From contig OX597819.1 of the NCBI GenBank assembly GCA_951406725.2, forward strand, positions 26,164,001 through 26,228,000: a stretch of 64,000 nucleotides of DNA, written 5' to 3'. The notes below the pieces were generated by a model, which was not told where the DNA came from, did no database searches, and saw nothing but the letters and a program-made list of their open reading frames with translations. The translations under genes were made by a program, and so were the position numbers. Positions within the stretch are counted from its first letter, which is position 1. Every line of letters starts with the position of its first letter. Origin of the DNA: Octopus vulgaris. Its lineage: Eukaryota. Below are positions 1 through 13,024 of this stretch, piece after piece.

Positions 1-479
1 TGTGAATGTATGTATCTTTGTATATATCTACATACGCATGGATGTAAATATGTAAGTGTGTTCGTAAGCATGTGCATGTGTGTTTTATAATGTCTCTGCA
101 AGCTATGAGCTCGTGACGTCCAATTGTCTGAATCTTTATCAGATAACCAATTTGATATGCGGAGAATCGCTGCATTCTGTGAATAAGAATTGCTAGGTGT
201 CACTAAGAAACAAAAATCATCATTTAATGTTGCACTATACACAAACACGCTGACACACAACGGATTTACATATTACAACAATAATATTATTATCAGCGTT
301 TCTATGATATTGGCAAAAGTAGAACGATGAGTGCTCAACACTGCAATGGTGGATAAATGCCTTGATTCTCAAATAAATAAATTATATGTATGTATGTGTG
401 TGTGTATCTAAGTTTGTATGTATGCATATATGTAGGTATACATATGTATGTATGTATGAATGTATGTATGCATGTATGC

Positions 480-543
<64 letters not shown>

Positions 544-544
<1 letters not shown>

Positions 545-895
545 GAGGCGCAATAGCCCAGTGGTTAGGGCATCGGACTCGCGGTCGTAGGATCGCGGTT
601 TAGATTCCCAGACCGGGCGTTGTGAGTGTTTATTGAGCGAAAACACCTAAAGCTCCACGAGGCTCCGGCAGGGGATGGTGGTGATCCCTGCTGTACTCTT
701 TCACCACAACCTTCTCTCACTCTTACTTCCTGTTTCTGTTGTACCTGTATTTCAAAGGGCCGGCCTTGTGTCACGCTGAATATCCCCGAGAACTACGTTA
801 AGGGTACACGTGTCGTTAATTTCACGAGCAGGCTGTTCCGTTGATTCGGATCAACCGGAACCCTCGTCGTCGTAACCGACGGAGTGCTTCCATCC
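544..895 (+). mobile_element. tRNA(Arg)-derived SINE, octopus OR-type
   Basis: Head GGAGGCGCAATAGCCCAGTGGTTAGGGCATCGGACTCGCGG has an A box, a TCG anticodon-like loop and a degenerate B box (GGTTTAGATTCC). Homologous copies at 6080, 19700, 60282 and 62462. Flanked by microsatellites. Confidence 0.85.
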
Positions 896-944
<49 letters not shown>

Positions 945-1030
945 CGAATGGTTTACACCTGGTTTTTTACTGGTAAAGCACGGTCACTTTCAAAGTGATC
1001 GTTAGGTATATAGAAGAAGATGGAATATAC

Positions 1031-1398
1031 GAGAATTTATTAATCACGACAATTGTTTCGATACATCTAGCATCAATTCCTGTTGGGTGGGACACTCAAC
1101 AACTGATTCAGGAGCATCCAGTGGTGCAGATGTATCTCGTCGGGTGATAAATAAATACAACTCGGTAAAATGACTGTTCCGCTATGTAACTTACCGTTTT
1201 GTAGAGAGAAAATCAGCCAGTGGGAGGAAGTATCCTGCTTTTCTCTCTACAAAACGGAAAGTTACATTGCGGAACAGTCATTTTAACGAGTTGTATTTAA
1301 TTATCATCTGGCGAGATACATCTGCATTACCGGATGCACTGAATAGGAATAGATGCTAGATCTGTCGAAACAATTGTCGTGATTAATAATAAATTCTC
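1031..1398. repeat. Foldback (about 160-180 bp inverted arms) carrying degenerate hammerhead halves; probable inverted PLE terminal repeats
   Basis: 1031-1212 is the reverse complement of 1238-1398. Both arms carry GAAAC-AATT-GTC-GTGATT. Confidence 0.85.
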
Positions 1399-3233
1399 TC
1401 TATTTGGTGCAATCCTATCTCCTTTTTGTTCTCAGCTAAATTCTAAATGTACAATGAATTTGTATAATATTAATCGTTATTAAGACACGTAACCTAGTTT
1501 CTAAGTGGCTGAGCACACGATCGTTAAATCAGGGGGCCTCGATTTCTCGACTGGGTGACTGCGTTTTTCCAGGAGCAAACTTCTTTATTTCACTTTGGTG
1601 CAGTATACCCTACTGAAAAAGAATACTATCAGTATCAGTTGGCCCCTTCTCCGGGGAGTCCGTGATTAACATAAATTAACATAAATCTCGATCTTATGAA
1701 CTTGTAAGCACGAAACAGACTGTATATCAACCCTTGCACTGCTTACTTTAATAAAACGGTGGGCTTCCTGAAGCATTGATAGATTATCAACAAACGTGAA
1801 TTGAACTATTTAAGTACCTCATCTTACATGGCCGACTTTGCCTTACATCACGAATGTTTCACTAGACTTGTAAATAAGTGTTGAGCTACATTTAATGAAA
1901 TATACTATCCTCTAAAATGTTTAAATTTATGGTAAAGCCAGAAATAAATCTTCTCTTAAGTAAGTTGGATCTAGATTGACAGAAACGTTTAGAGTATCTT
2001 ACTGGACTGGACGCATTTATGCATTAACTTCCAGTCTATCCGAAGTCAACGTAACGTTTCAGCCATCAGAAATCATTAACATAAGTATCAGTTTAATAGC
2101 AGTTTTGGTTTAATCGAATAACCCCTTTCGCAAATTTGGGAGACGTATAACTATTTTAGAAATCTGTATTATTTGCAGCATGCTATTCTAATAGTCGGAC
2201 TCCCAACATATGTCATTCTTCAGGAACGATTGACAAGAAAGTCATGAAATATTCTTTCTTACTCATAAAAGTCCTTGTATTTAGTTTTAGGTAAATGACC
2301 TGCAAGATGTTTACATTAAACTTCACTTATATAAAGATTAATGCTACAACTTGAAAGAAATGTTTTCGAAATTTTACAAAATGATCAACCTTAATAGCAC
2401 ATTTAGCTTGGGCTGAGTAGACTTTTGTATTAAAAGAAGAATGGAGTATTGTTAAAATTGCTTTCTTAATTGTTATAGCATACAAATCTATTGCGGATGG
2501 AAACAATTATTGTTCGAACAGCTTTCTGAGATGCCTGACCACTGCCCAACTCTCTATGACCTTTACATATTCTTCTTGGGTGTATCAAAGTTTATATGAA
2601 TATTATCCAAATTAATTTCGCACAACATATATGGTAGCGATATAGGAGAACAGTAAATCGTGATTTATTCATGTACATAACAATTCCATTGCTACGGAAA
2701 TTGTTTTCCATCAGCAATGTTTGACAAATTCTGGAATCATTTAGGGAGATTCTAATGGTTTGTTGTACACAAATACCCTGTCACTTGTAACGAGATTTAA
2801 CGATAAGGAAGATGTATATTGTGTCGTCGGGTAGCTTATTGGAGCATCCGCTTTTTTCTTAATCGAAATTTTCTGTACTTTCAGTTTTGTGTTTGTATTT
2901 TTTCTGCAGGGACCAGTTCATTTTATTGTGTAGCTCCAAAGAAGTCTGAGTGAGTAATCTTATTTTTTAAAGCTTTCTCGTTATGACAATTCTATACTTC
3001 TTTTGGATATTGTAAATCTGGTATTACATTTTCCAAAGTGGCACTCCTTATAATACGGTAGAGCGTAATTTGAAGATGACGCTGCCATTTTTTCACAGTT
3101 CGAGCGTCCATTTCGAAGAGTGTTTCTCAACCGTTTTTACCTATGGAACCCTTTCATTTCTATTTTAATCGGATGGACCCTCACAGCATTTAGATGTTTA
3201 AAAATTCCTGCATCACGAGATGCAGCACGGAGT

Positions 3234-3284
3234 TTAGTCAGTGAACAGGTCGCGGTCTCAAAGCGAGGAAAATATTTTAACAAA
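3234..3284 (+). ncRNA. Minimal hammerhead ribozyme motif, G3:C8 core variant (diverged copy)
   Basis: TTAGTCA-GTGAACA-GGTCGC..GCGAG-GAAA-ATAT-TT-TAACAAA. Lies in a repeat (about 3220-3360) whose second copy is at 42171-42300 on the minus strand. Confidence 0.6.
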
Positions 3285-4164
3285 TTAAATTTCAATGTTG
3301 AAGTGAATCTAACGGTTTTGTGTGTTTCTTAAATGGGTTATAAACACCTTCCACGCTGCAATTGTTTTCGTTCCAGCACACGATCTCAGATCAAGTCACT
3401 CGCTATGTTTTGTTTTTATTTACGATTCAATTACCTTTTAATTGCTTTTTATAATTAGTATATAATATTTCTAATTATAGTTTTATCAATATAATACCTT
3501 TATTTTACGGTTTTATATTAGCTTCTTCATAGCCATTCATTATTTTCCAAATCCCGTAAATGATCCTACTATCGTTTTCATCATTAAAGCCCTATCTATC
3601 CAAGTTCTTTTATCTATCTGAATTCTTCTGTCTCAATATAATATATTGCTCTCATACCATGGTAATGAATACACTTTTAATAATTGACTTTCCCTTTTTC
3701 ACCCTTTTTCTTTTATTCTCTCTATTCCTTTTCTTTTTCGTCCTTCTTCGTTATCGTTTAAGAAAATAAAGTCTGATTGTTTGGTTCTCATCAAAACTGT
3801 TCTAATAATTTAGTAGCTGCTATATACTCATAATTCATTGATCCTTACTCTTTTTTCCTTTGACATTGAAACTGTTGTTGAATTGTATCTTAGGTAAATC
3901 AAGCCATCTCTTTCTTTATTGTTGAAAGGAGTAACAATGGTTTTCCTTTACCCTTACAACTTGCTACGAAACTAAGTAACCCCTACTAAGGCTATAAATT
4001 CTAAAATATCCCCCTCCTGTTTTGTTCCCTCCCACTTGAATGCACATTGGCGTTTTTGGTTAAACTCATTCTACGGTAAGAGCAAGTTGCGGCATAAAAC
4101 GAAAAATATGTTCGTGCTGCGGATTTTGAATTATTTTAACTGCCTTTGATTGTAAGATTCATGT

Positions 4165-4252
4165 ATTCATCTGACGAAGACAGTTTTTTTAATAATGATA
4201 TGAGGTACTCATTGATCAATCAAAAAATTTGTTAGAAACAGCTGTAATGAAT
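4165..4252 (+). ncRNA. Minimal type-I hammerhead ribozyme motif
   Basis: ATTCAT-CTGACGA-AGACAG..(long loop)..TTGTTA-GAAAC-AGCT-GTA-ATGAAT. Stem I has 6 bp, the stem III loop is palindromic, and the cleavage triplet is GUA. Confidence 0.75.
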
Positions 4253-4992
4253 TGACACCTGTCCATCAATTGTTACTTACCTTTCTATTTATAAAATTCT
4301 TTGTCTCTTCTCTCTGTCTGTCTATTTCCTATGCATTCTGAAAGAGCTCAACCAAATCAAATGAAATTTTACAAGGTAATAGTATTAGACCCCGCGAGCG
4401 TCAACGTGTAATTTTATCTTCAATTGGATTAAAACAATATAGCATTTTATCTAACATAATCTTTCTATGGTCAACTATATAGTGAAGGACAATTTATACC
4501 ATGACTTCGACGACGATAACGTCACATTTTGTATATGAGTGTTTGTGTGCGTGTTTGCGCGTTTGTTACGTAAGTTAGGCCTCCGAGAATTAAACAGACG
4601 CATACATTTACACATACATGAAAACTGACAAGTATATATGTGTGTGTGTGTGTATGTGAGAGTGCTTGTTGGAGTGAGTATACATACATTTTTGTGACGT
4701 CTGACACACTGATACACACATATAAAGAGATACAGACACAAACAGAGGGAGCGAGATAGACCTTTATACAGTGAGATACAATTAAAGTATTAGATATTCA
4801 GAGAGAGAAAGAGAGAGGGAGGAAGAGAGATTGTGTGTGCGTGTGTCTTACCCTGAGGTGTGCGTGAACATGTGTCTGTTTTGGTACATGTATATAAGTG
4901 AATGTGAGAGTGTGTGTGAATGTATGTGACTGTTTGTGAGTGTATGTGTGTGATGTGCGTGTGTGTATGCGGTCAAATAGTACTTTCTCATA

Positions 4993-5882
4993 GATCTTAC
5001 GGATAAAGCATTTCCTAATTTATCTGTCAATTACACTGATGTAAGCTGGCTATGTGAAAGAGTCATATTGGTTCTAACTAATGAAATGGCTGATAAACTC
5101 AATCATGAATTTCTCCAAAACTTAATAGTTACATCAGAAATGACTTTTTGATCAATTCACACAACAGTCGATCAGAATCAGGCTGTTCATTTCTGAACAC
5201 ACTTAAACCCACTGGTATGCCACCGCATAATTTGACACTAGATCTGGGTGCTTCCATTATGTTTCTTAGTAATCTTGACGCACCTCGTCTGTGTAATGGA
5301 ACTAGCTTAATTGTTACTTCCATAAAGCCCATGTCTTGGAAGCGGCAATCATAGCAGATAGTCACAAAGGAGAAAATGTCTTCCTCTCGTACCTACAGAT
5401 GTTCCGTTTGAATTTAAGAGGCTTCAGTTTCCAGTGAAATTAAGTTTTGCCATTTCAATTAACAAATATTAGGGTCAGTCTCTCAAGGTAGTTGGACATG
5501 ATCTCTCTATTGCATGCTTATCTTAGGGTCAGCATTATGTTGCTTGCTCACGAGTTGGAAGTAGCAACAGTTTATTTATTTGGACACCAACAAAAAATTA
5601 CACAATGAATATATATATTTCTTTACTACACACAAGGGGCTAAACACAGAGGGGACAAACAAGGACAGACAAAGGGATTAAGTCGATTACATCGATCCCA
5701 GTGCGTAACTGGTACTTAATTTATCGACCCCGAAAGGATGAAAGGTAAAGTCGACCTCGGCGGAATTTGAACTCGGAACGCAACGACAGACGAAATACGG
5801 CCACGAATTTCGCCCGGCGTGCTAACGCTTCTGCCAGCTCGCCGCAATGAATATAGTTTATCCTGTGGTGCTTCAAGATTGA
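4993..5882 (+). pseudogene. Helitron PIF1-family helicase C-terminal remnant, interrupted by a SINE
   Basis: WLCERVILVLTNE, FLNTLKPTGMPPHNLTL, LDAPRLCNGT, FKRLQFPVKLSFAISINK, GQHYVACSRV, then NIVYP after the SINE. Contains stops and frameshifts. Confidence 0.9.
5617..5844 (-). mobile_element. Meta-domain tRNA-SINE with target-site duplication
   Basis: Reverse strand reads GGCGAGCTGGCAGAAGCGTTAGCAC..CCTTTCATCCTTTCGGGGTCGATAAATTAAGTACCAG. TSD CAATGAATATA at 5603 and 5845. Confidence 0.9.
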
Positions 5883-6079
5883 CAGATTTTCCGTTTTATA
5901 TTCTATTATCATTACAATTTGGATATTTTTGATGCAATATTGATGTTTTGAAATAATTATGAGAAACCAAATGCGTCTTCATATTCATTGTTTATTCATC
6001 TGAATAAGAACAGTAGTAACCCGGGCAACGCCGTATCATACAGTTAGTTTATATATATATATATATTTGTATGATTGTA

Positions 6080-6365
6080 TGGAGGCGCAATGACCCAGAC
6101 CGGGCGTTGTAGGAATTTTTTGAGCGAAAACACCTAAAAGCTTCACGAGGCTCCAGCAGGGGTTGGTAGCGAACCCTGGTGTACACATTCACCACAACTT
6201 TCTCTCACTCTTGCTTCCTTTTTCTATTGTACGTGTATTTCAAAGAGCCATCTTTATCACACGTGTCTGTGGGCTGCTCAGCCACTTGCACATTAATTTC
6301 ACGAGCAGGCTGTTCCGTTGATCGGATCAACTGGAACCCTCGTCGTGAGCGACGGAGTGCCACGA
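6080..6365 (+). mobile_element. OR-type SINE with a deletion in the tRNA head
   Basis: Colinear with 544-895. Confidence 0.8.
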
Positions 6366-6637
6366 CATGAGTGTATAAATGAATATATTTATTCATATGA
6401 ATGTATACGGCCATATGGAACTTGTTTTTAGATAGGAGGGGATATTAAAACCTGAGTGTTAGCGCGCATGTAATGAAAGTTATCGAAACATTGTAAATTT
6501 CTCCTTATATTTAGGTTAATATTGAAGTTTGAATCAAACATACCTGCATAAAACAAAATGCAAACCGTGAGTTCTCTGAGAAAATACCCTGCAATATCTG
6601 TAACTAGGAAGGCGTTAACTAAAATTTGTAACATATA

Positions 6638-7645
6638 CGAGGGGGTCCCCAAAAGATGCCGGAATTGTGCAATATTGTTTTATTCACTTGGTTTTAGATG
6701 TTTTCACAGTTATCTCCTTCAAAGTACTCTCTATTCGATGCAATGCATCTGCCCAGACACGTTTCCCACTGTTCGTTTGTTTCTTCACCTCTTCCACATA
6801 TCCGAAACGTTTTTTTCTTAAGAACTTTTTTCATTCGGGGAAAAAAGGGTCGCAAGGAACAAGATCGGGTGAATATGGGGTTGGGGTGTAAGCGGAGTCA
6901 CACATTCAGTTGTGACTGGTTTTGATCTTCCTTGAGCAAGCGAGGAAAAATTTTGCTGCAACTCTTTTCATTCGCAATTTCTCGCTCAAAATTCGTTGGC
7001 AGGTGCTCCAAGACACATCAAACTTATCAACATGTTCGACAATTGATCGGCGATGGTCTTCCAAGATCAGTTCATGTATTTTGAGATGTGTTTATTCATG
7101 AAGAGCGTTGAGGTCACCCTGAACGAGGCTGTTTTTCAAGCGACAAATGACCATTCTTATTTCTTATTTCTTTATTGCCCACAAGGGACTAAACATAGAG
7201 GGGACAAACAAGGACAGACAAAAGGATTAAGTCGATTATATCGACCCCAGTGCGTAACTGGTACTCATTTAATCGACCTCGAAAGGATGAAAGGCAAAGT
7301 CGACCTCGGCGGAATTTGAACTCAGAACGTAGTAGCAGACGAAATACCGCTAAGCCTTTCGCCCGTCGTGCTAACGTTTCTGCCTGCTCGCCACCAAATT
7401 GCCATTCTTGAAGCATTAAAGTCATTCGTAAACTTGTGTTTTGCGCATGGCAGATTCCTTGTAAGATGTTTGAAGCATGTCAACTGTATCGGCCGCCGCT
7501 GTACCCAGCACAAAACAGAATTTCATGGAAGCACGCTGTTTCTTCGTTTCTGCCATCGCAAAAATCGACGAAAAGGGGAGATCCATGAACTGCAATAGGC
7601 CCGTCCCTCACAACGCGTTTCCGGTTACTTTTGAGTACCTCATTG
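6638..7645 (-). mobile_element. Internally deleted mariner transposon
   Basis: TA-flanked imperfect TIRs (CAAAAG..CCGGAA). Minus strand encodes the HTH QRASMKFCFVLG..DTVDMLQTSYKESAMRKTQVYE and the motif PYSPDLVPCD. Confidence 0.85.
7159..7394 (-). mobile_element. Meta-domain SINE nested in the mariner element
   Basis: Same family as 5617-5844. TSD CAAATGACCATTCTT / CAAATTGCCATTCTT. Confidence 0.9.
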
Positions 7646-7872
7646 TATAGCAAAATATCAATTGCATTTCTTCATTATATTAAGAATTATTAATAAAAAA
7701 AAGTATTAGGAAATAGATAATTGGTCATCAAACCAGGTAAAATCTTCTAAAATTATTTTCTTTGTTCCCATTTCGGTAGGCAGATTCTAGAAAAAGATTA
7801 ATCAGATTTATTTTGTAATGCCATTCTCTGTATAACCAAGAAATGTAATCTTTCTTATGTCATTCTTGACAG

Positions 7873-8074
7873 AAGAACGTTTTAATCGTTTTGCTCGAGA
7901 AAATGCTTCTGTAGCCTTTGTAGATATGGCAGGATATACAAGTCGAAGTTGCCAAATTCTACGAATGCCTGATTGCCATTGGCTGCGTTTTTCATTCGGA
8001 GGGTTATATTATCAGTTTAAAAAGCAGTGGACTTTTTTTTATGGAAACTTCAAAAAGACAGATACAACTATGTG
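7873..8074 (+). other. Candidate host exon, product unknown
   Basis: Pyrimidine-rich acceptor TCTTTCTTATGTCATTCTTGACAG, donor GTAAG, and an open frame (EERFNRFAREN..KKTDTTM) in non-repeat sequence. No homology recognised. Confidence 0.25.
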
Positions 8075-8174
8075 GTAAGAAGTAAATCCCCAAAAAAAAA
8101 AGAACAAACACAACAACGTGAGGACGTGGTACATGTAAAGCATTAACAGACGCTCGGGGAAGGAAAGAAGGTTG

Positions 8175-8209
8175 GTTTAACTTTTCAAGCAACGCTCTTC
8201 TTCAGAAAC
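8175..8209 (-). ncRNA. Minimal hammerhead ribozyme motif
   Basis: Reverse strand reads GTTT-CTGAAGA-AGAGC-GTT-GCTT-GAAAA-GTT-AAAC. Confidence 0.65.
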
Positions 8210-8283
8210 AGAGTAAAGTCCAATAGAAAGGAAGACGGAGGAAGAAAATCGCCAACGATTCACATGTGGTTACATTTTCAAAA

Positions 8284-8645
8284 TGTGGTAAGAAGCTGGT
8301 TCAGTTCCGTTGCTCAACATCGCGAGCCATTGACCTCCACTATAGACACGGATTGACCAAAGGTTCTCAACGGATTTGGTACGCGGAAACTGAAAATAGA
8401 CCGGTGTGTGTGTGTGCGTGTGTGTATTTATGTATGTATATATATATTCTGTGTTTGCGTCTTTGTGTGTGGGTTTGTGCTCCCCCACCGCTTGAGAGCA
8501 GGCGATTTTTGTTTACGTCACTTTAGCTTAGAAGTGCCAAACTGAGAAATAAGTACTGGTGTTGATTTGTTCCAGTAAACTTTTCAATTAGGTACACCAG
8601 CATGGCCGCTATCCAAGGACCGAAACTAGTAACAGATAAAGAAGA
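8284..8645 (+). mobile_element. tRNA-SINE with internal (TG/TA)n (third family), diverged
   Basis: TGTGGTAAGAAGCT head, GGATTTGGTA..GGAAACTGAAA, and a CCAGCATGGCCGC tail. Shared with 12735-12932, 14444-14535, 15020-15272, 43857-44153, 58167-58332 and 59279-59420. Confidence 0.75.
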
Positions 8646-8814
8646 AAAGATAAGCTACTCGAGGTTCAGCTATGAAAGAATTAGTGGCAATATTTTACCA
8701 GCGTTTTTGTTTTTATAATTCATTTCTGATGAGGGATTATCGTTAAGTATCACTATTCAAGTGGCTTCAACACTGCATATATCTTATAATTCATCTTATA
8801 AAAAAAGAAAACTA

Positions 8815-9378
8815 CCGGGTTGTCCGGAAAGTTCGTGCCGATTTTTAAAGGAAAGAAAAAGGTCAATAAATACTTGCCCTTACATTTGTAATCAACCAAA
8901 TATGAACCATTTTGTTGCACAATGCGTCTCTATCGTTCCTTTAACTTGAAAATACCCTCTTCTCAGGATTGAAGTGGTTTCATAGCAAAGAAGTCATCAA
9001 GGTATCTTTTTATGTCATCCAAGGAATTGAAAGTGTTACCTTTAAGACTATTCTGCAGAGACCTGAATAAGTAAAAATCCGAAGGAGCAACATCTGGTGA
9101 ATATGGAGGATGAGGTAACACATCCCAGCCGAGCTACAGCAATTGTTGTTTGGTTCCCAAAGCATCAAGTGCCGAAAATGAACTTTCTTATCTTCCATTT
9201 CAAACGATTACAGAATTAATACAGATTATAGGAACAAACCTTCTTCCACGAAAAGATAGCTTAAACTGTGCTCTAAATGGAGGTGTAGTCAAATCCTATT
9301 TTATGGACTCAACCATGTTCTAAAATAAGTGGAAAGCTAAGCTACTATAAATCGGCACGAACTTTCCGGACAACCCAA
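8815..9378 (-). mobile_element. Non-autonomous mariner deletion derivative
   Basis: TA-flanked TIRs GGGTTGTCCGGAAAGTTCGTGCCGATTT. Minus strand reads MEDKKVHFRHLMLWE joined to HPPYSPDVAPSDFYLFRSLQNSL. Confidence 0.92.
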
Positions 9379-9399
9379 TATTTAGAAACAAAAAAAAAT

Positions 9400-9600
9400 T
9401 TCTGTGGGTTGAAATATATGTCTCTGAAATGGTCTCGAGCTGGAGATGGAATTGCATTTTCTGTTATTCATATTTGGATATTTCTAGTCTCCATTTGCAA
9501 CCTTATTGATATATGTTCCGAGACGAAAGGGCGTGCCTTAACCTTCTGCATATCATCAAACAAGGCATCAAATGACTCTTCATTTGTGATAGCTAAGCAA
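9400..9600 (-). pseudogene. Possible hAT transposase fragment
   Basis: NEESFDALFDD..ARDHFRDIYFN resembles hAT C-terminal regions. Weak match by eye. Confidence 0.3.
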
Positions 9601-10050
9601 CAATATAACAATATGTGTGTATGCGTGTGTATGTGTCCATGTATAAGTGCATGTGTATGAATGCTCATTTTTATGTTACGTATGAATGTTTGTATGTATA
9701 GGACAAGCTTGCACAGTTTCACTCTACCAACTTTGAACCCGAAACCGTGAGACAGCAAAACGAACATCTTAATCACATAGCTATGTTTACGCATGTAACA
9801 GAAATTTGGTGATAGTGGTTGATTCGAAGACCAAATATACTGGCGTGGATTAAGATAATGAAAGTGAAACTAATAAGAAATATCTATCTGTAAATGAAAT
9901 GGCGCAGTTTGGTCTGCTTCAGCAGACGATGAACAGGAACCAATTTATTTCCTGGGAATAATTTATCGTTTATTGCTTATTACCATAAGTACAGTTGCAT
10001 AATAATCTTATTAAACATAGATTTATCTATACACACACATATATACATAG

Positions 10051-10113
<63 letters not shown>

Positions 10114-10140
10114 AACATACACTCTGGTGCGCGCGTACTT

Positions 10141-10195
<55 letters not shown>

Positions 10196-10228
10196 TATAT
10201 GTATGTATCTCTTTATCTCTCTACCTTT

Positions 10229-10294
<66 letters not shown>

Positions 10295-10713
10295 GTGTAT
10301 GCGTGAGTGTTATATTTTCAGCAGACATTCGGCATATTACTGGAATGTATTAGCTTGAAATGTTAAATGTTTTAATCCAACAGACATACGATATATTATA
10401 TGGACACTTATCATACTGATGATAAGTGTAGAGCAGACAGGGATTCCTGTACAATTGTTAAGAACAAAAACACATCATTCTTACTCTTCATTTGATTCTA
10501 GATCAAAGCTGTATATTTACTAAATTTTGTTGTCAAAACCTGCTCTAATTGAGATTTGTGAGAAGTAATATTTTACATTCACTAGCAGTTTCAGCTGCTA
10601 CGTGAAAATATATACGAGGTTATTTTCGAAAAACTAATTTTACAAATTTCTCACCGTGACCTGTATAATTTTGTCCGCCATTTTATTAGTGTATTTTTCA
10701 ACTTATAAAAACG

Positions 10714-10960
10714 TGCGGCCTAGTTAGTAGTTAGAGTGTTCAGCACCTGATCGTAGGTTCGTAGTATGAATTCCTGCACTGAGTGGCGCAGTATGTCCTT
10801 GAGCAAAGCATCTATTGCATGTTTTTATAGCTGCAATTTACGTGGGAGTAATTAGTATCAGCCGGGTGTTGGTGCAGCCATACCTTTCATCAGTGGTCAC
10901 GTCTTAGATATATTCTACTGATTGAAGTGTAAGAGAACCCGAAAGTATGTTTATGTGCAT
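10714..10960 (+). mobile_element. Old CORE-type tRNA-SINE
   Basis: tRNA-like head followed by TGTCCTTGAGCAAAGCA. Related to 55784-56043, 14603-14730 and 1500-1620. Confidence 0.55.
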
Positions 10961-11597
10961 TCGCGCTTTTTTATGTATTGCTCCGCCTAAAACAAAATTT
11001 AAAGCCATGGCACATTCTCACAAACGATACACTTTGGCAAATGAAGGCTGATTGTACTTCACAGTACTTACTATATCTTCGTTGCATAAACAGCTTTATT
11101 TCATGAAACCAATTTGTCCTTTCTTTACAAAGCCGAAATTCAGGTCTGATAGAATTAAATGAGACACTAACATGAATAGCTATTCCCATCAGAAACAAAA
11201 GAAACATAACCAATAATAATCTAAATGAATTATTTGCTCAGTAAAATAAGAGAAATCTGGGAAATCATTAGTTATTTTCTGCAATCTATACCACAGAGCC
11301 TCATTATTTTACCTCCAGCTTTTCGTATGTATGTAATTGCTCCACCCACATACACACGCACACGCACGCTCGCGAAAGTATATGCGGAGGCGTTGACAGT
11401 TATACATTACTGTTGTATTTATTTTGAAAACCTTCGTCATTATATACATTCGCACACGCATACATGTATGTACATAGACACAAGTTCGTGCTAATATTTT
11501 CTTTCATTACTCGGTCAATTAAAAAAAAACATCATACATACAGCATACTTACATATCTATCTAGCTGTCTATCAATTTGTGTCTCGCTGTGTATACT

Positions 11598-11629
<32 letters not shown>

Positions 11630-11782
11630 TACAATGTGTTCACCCGTTGTTTAATGTTCATGTGCAAAAGCGTTGCGCGAGCTAATAAGGAGTATAGGGT
11701 GTTGTTAGGGCTCACTGAAACTGCAAGTAGTTGTCAGTGTAGAAGAAAAAGAACGGTAGGTTGAGAATATTAAGGTTAAGGT

Positions 11783-12004
11783 CGCTGGCGAACTGGCAGA
11801 AACGTTAGCACGCCGGGCGTAATGAGTAGCCGCATTTCGTCTGCCGTTACGTTGTGAGTTCAAATTCCGCCGAGGTCGACTTTGCTTTTCATCCTTTCGG
11901 GGTCGATAAATTAAGTACCAGTTACGCACTGGGGTCTATGTAATTGACTTAATCCCTTTGTCTGTCCCCTCTATGTTTAGCCCCTTGTGGGCAACAAAGA
12001 AATA
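11783..12004 (+). mobile_element. Meta-domain SINE
   Basis: Near full-length match to the reverse complement of 5617-5844. Confidence 0.9.
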
Positions 12005-12219
12005 TATCTTTGATATGTGAAACAAAGTAAACATAAGATTTTGTTATGATTTTACCTGTGACATGTATGTTCCCAACAAGTATTTCTAATAGAAAATTCA
12101 GGTAAGTCGAAAAGAGTGTACATAGGGTTCTCGTTATTCAACAAAACTTGAGCAGTAATGATGATAAAACTGGCAATCTGAAGCATACATATTCATTCTG
12201 AATATCTGCTTACTTTATT

Positions 12220-12730
12220 GCGGAGAGTGGCAGAAACGTTAATACGCCGGGGAAAGTGCATAGCAGCATTTAGTCCGCCTTCACGTTCTGAATTCAAACT
12301 TCACCGAGGTCGACTTTCCCCTTAAGATTTTGAGGTCGATAAAGTAAGTAACAGTTCATCACTGGCGTCCATATAACTGACGTAGATACTCATCCAAACT
12401 TGCTGGCATTGTGCAAAATATATAAAAGCAATATTTAATTAATCTAAGGTGAGCTGGCGGAATCGTTAGCATCTAGAAAAAATTGCTTAGTGTTATTATT
12501 TCTGCTTTTGTGTTCTGAGTTCAAACCTCACGAGGTTGACTTCGCAATTCCTCCGTTCGGGGTCGATTAAATATGTACCAATCAAGCACGTGCGCGGGTG
12601 TAATCCACTTGCCACCGTCCACAGAATTTCAGAACTTGTGCCTGCAGTAGAAAGGAATGTTTAATATTCTAAGGTGTCGAGCTGGCAACTCGTTACTGCG
12701 TCACAAAAATGCTTAGCGGCTTTTCTCTTC
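12220..12730 (+). mobile_element. Three head-to-tail diverged Meta-domain SINEs
   Basis: Heads at about 12220, 12447 and 12672. The first two retain TTCTGA.TTCAAA..GAGGT.GACTT..GGTCGAT. Confidence 0.75.
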
Positions 12731-12861
12731 TATTTGTTCCATCCATTGGACAGCAGCGAGGCTAGGACACCACCTTGAAGGGTTCAGTCGAGAGAATTGG
12801 TCCCGCTACTTATATTTTCAAGCTTAGTACTTAATTCATCGCTCCCTTTTACTAAAGCGGT

Positions 12862-12941
12862 AAATTACGGGAACGCATGCAGATCAACGCAGGTTGTCAA
12901 GAAGTGGTGGGGGGCACAAACAAGTAGCAATAAATTATATA

Positions 12942-13024
<83 letters not shown>

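Larger units (their letters stand above)
4284..6047 (+). mobile_element. Decayed Helitron
   Basis: PIF1 helicase remnant inside, 3' hairpin CCGGGCAACGCCG followed by a degenerate CTAG end near 6047. The 5' boundary (TCTATTTATAAAA..CTGTCTGTC) is tentative. Confidence 0.75.

Noticed and set aside
544-615. Functional tRNA-Arg gene (and the tRNA-like head at 49527)
   Set aside because: No proper acceptor stem, and the sequence continues into a multicopy SINE body.
8727-8760. CTGATGA hammerhead core (similar cores at 10416, 19092, 31025 and 57864)
   Set aside because: No correctly placed GAAA or paired stems.
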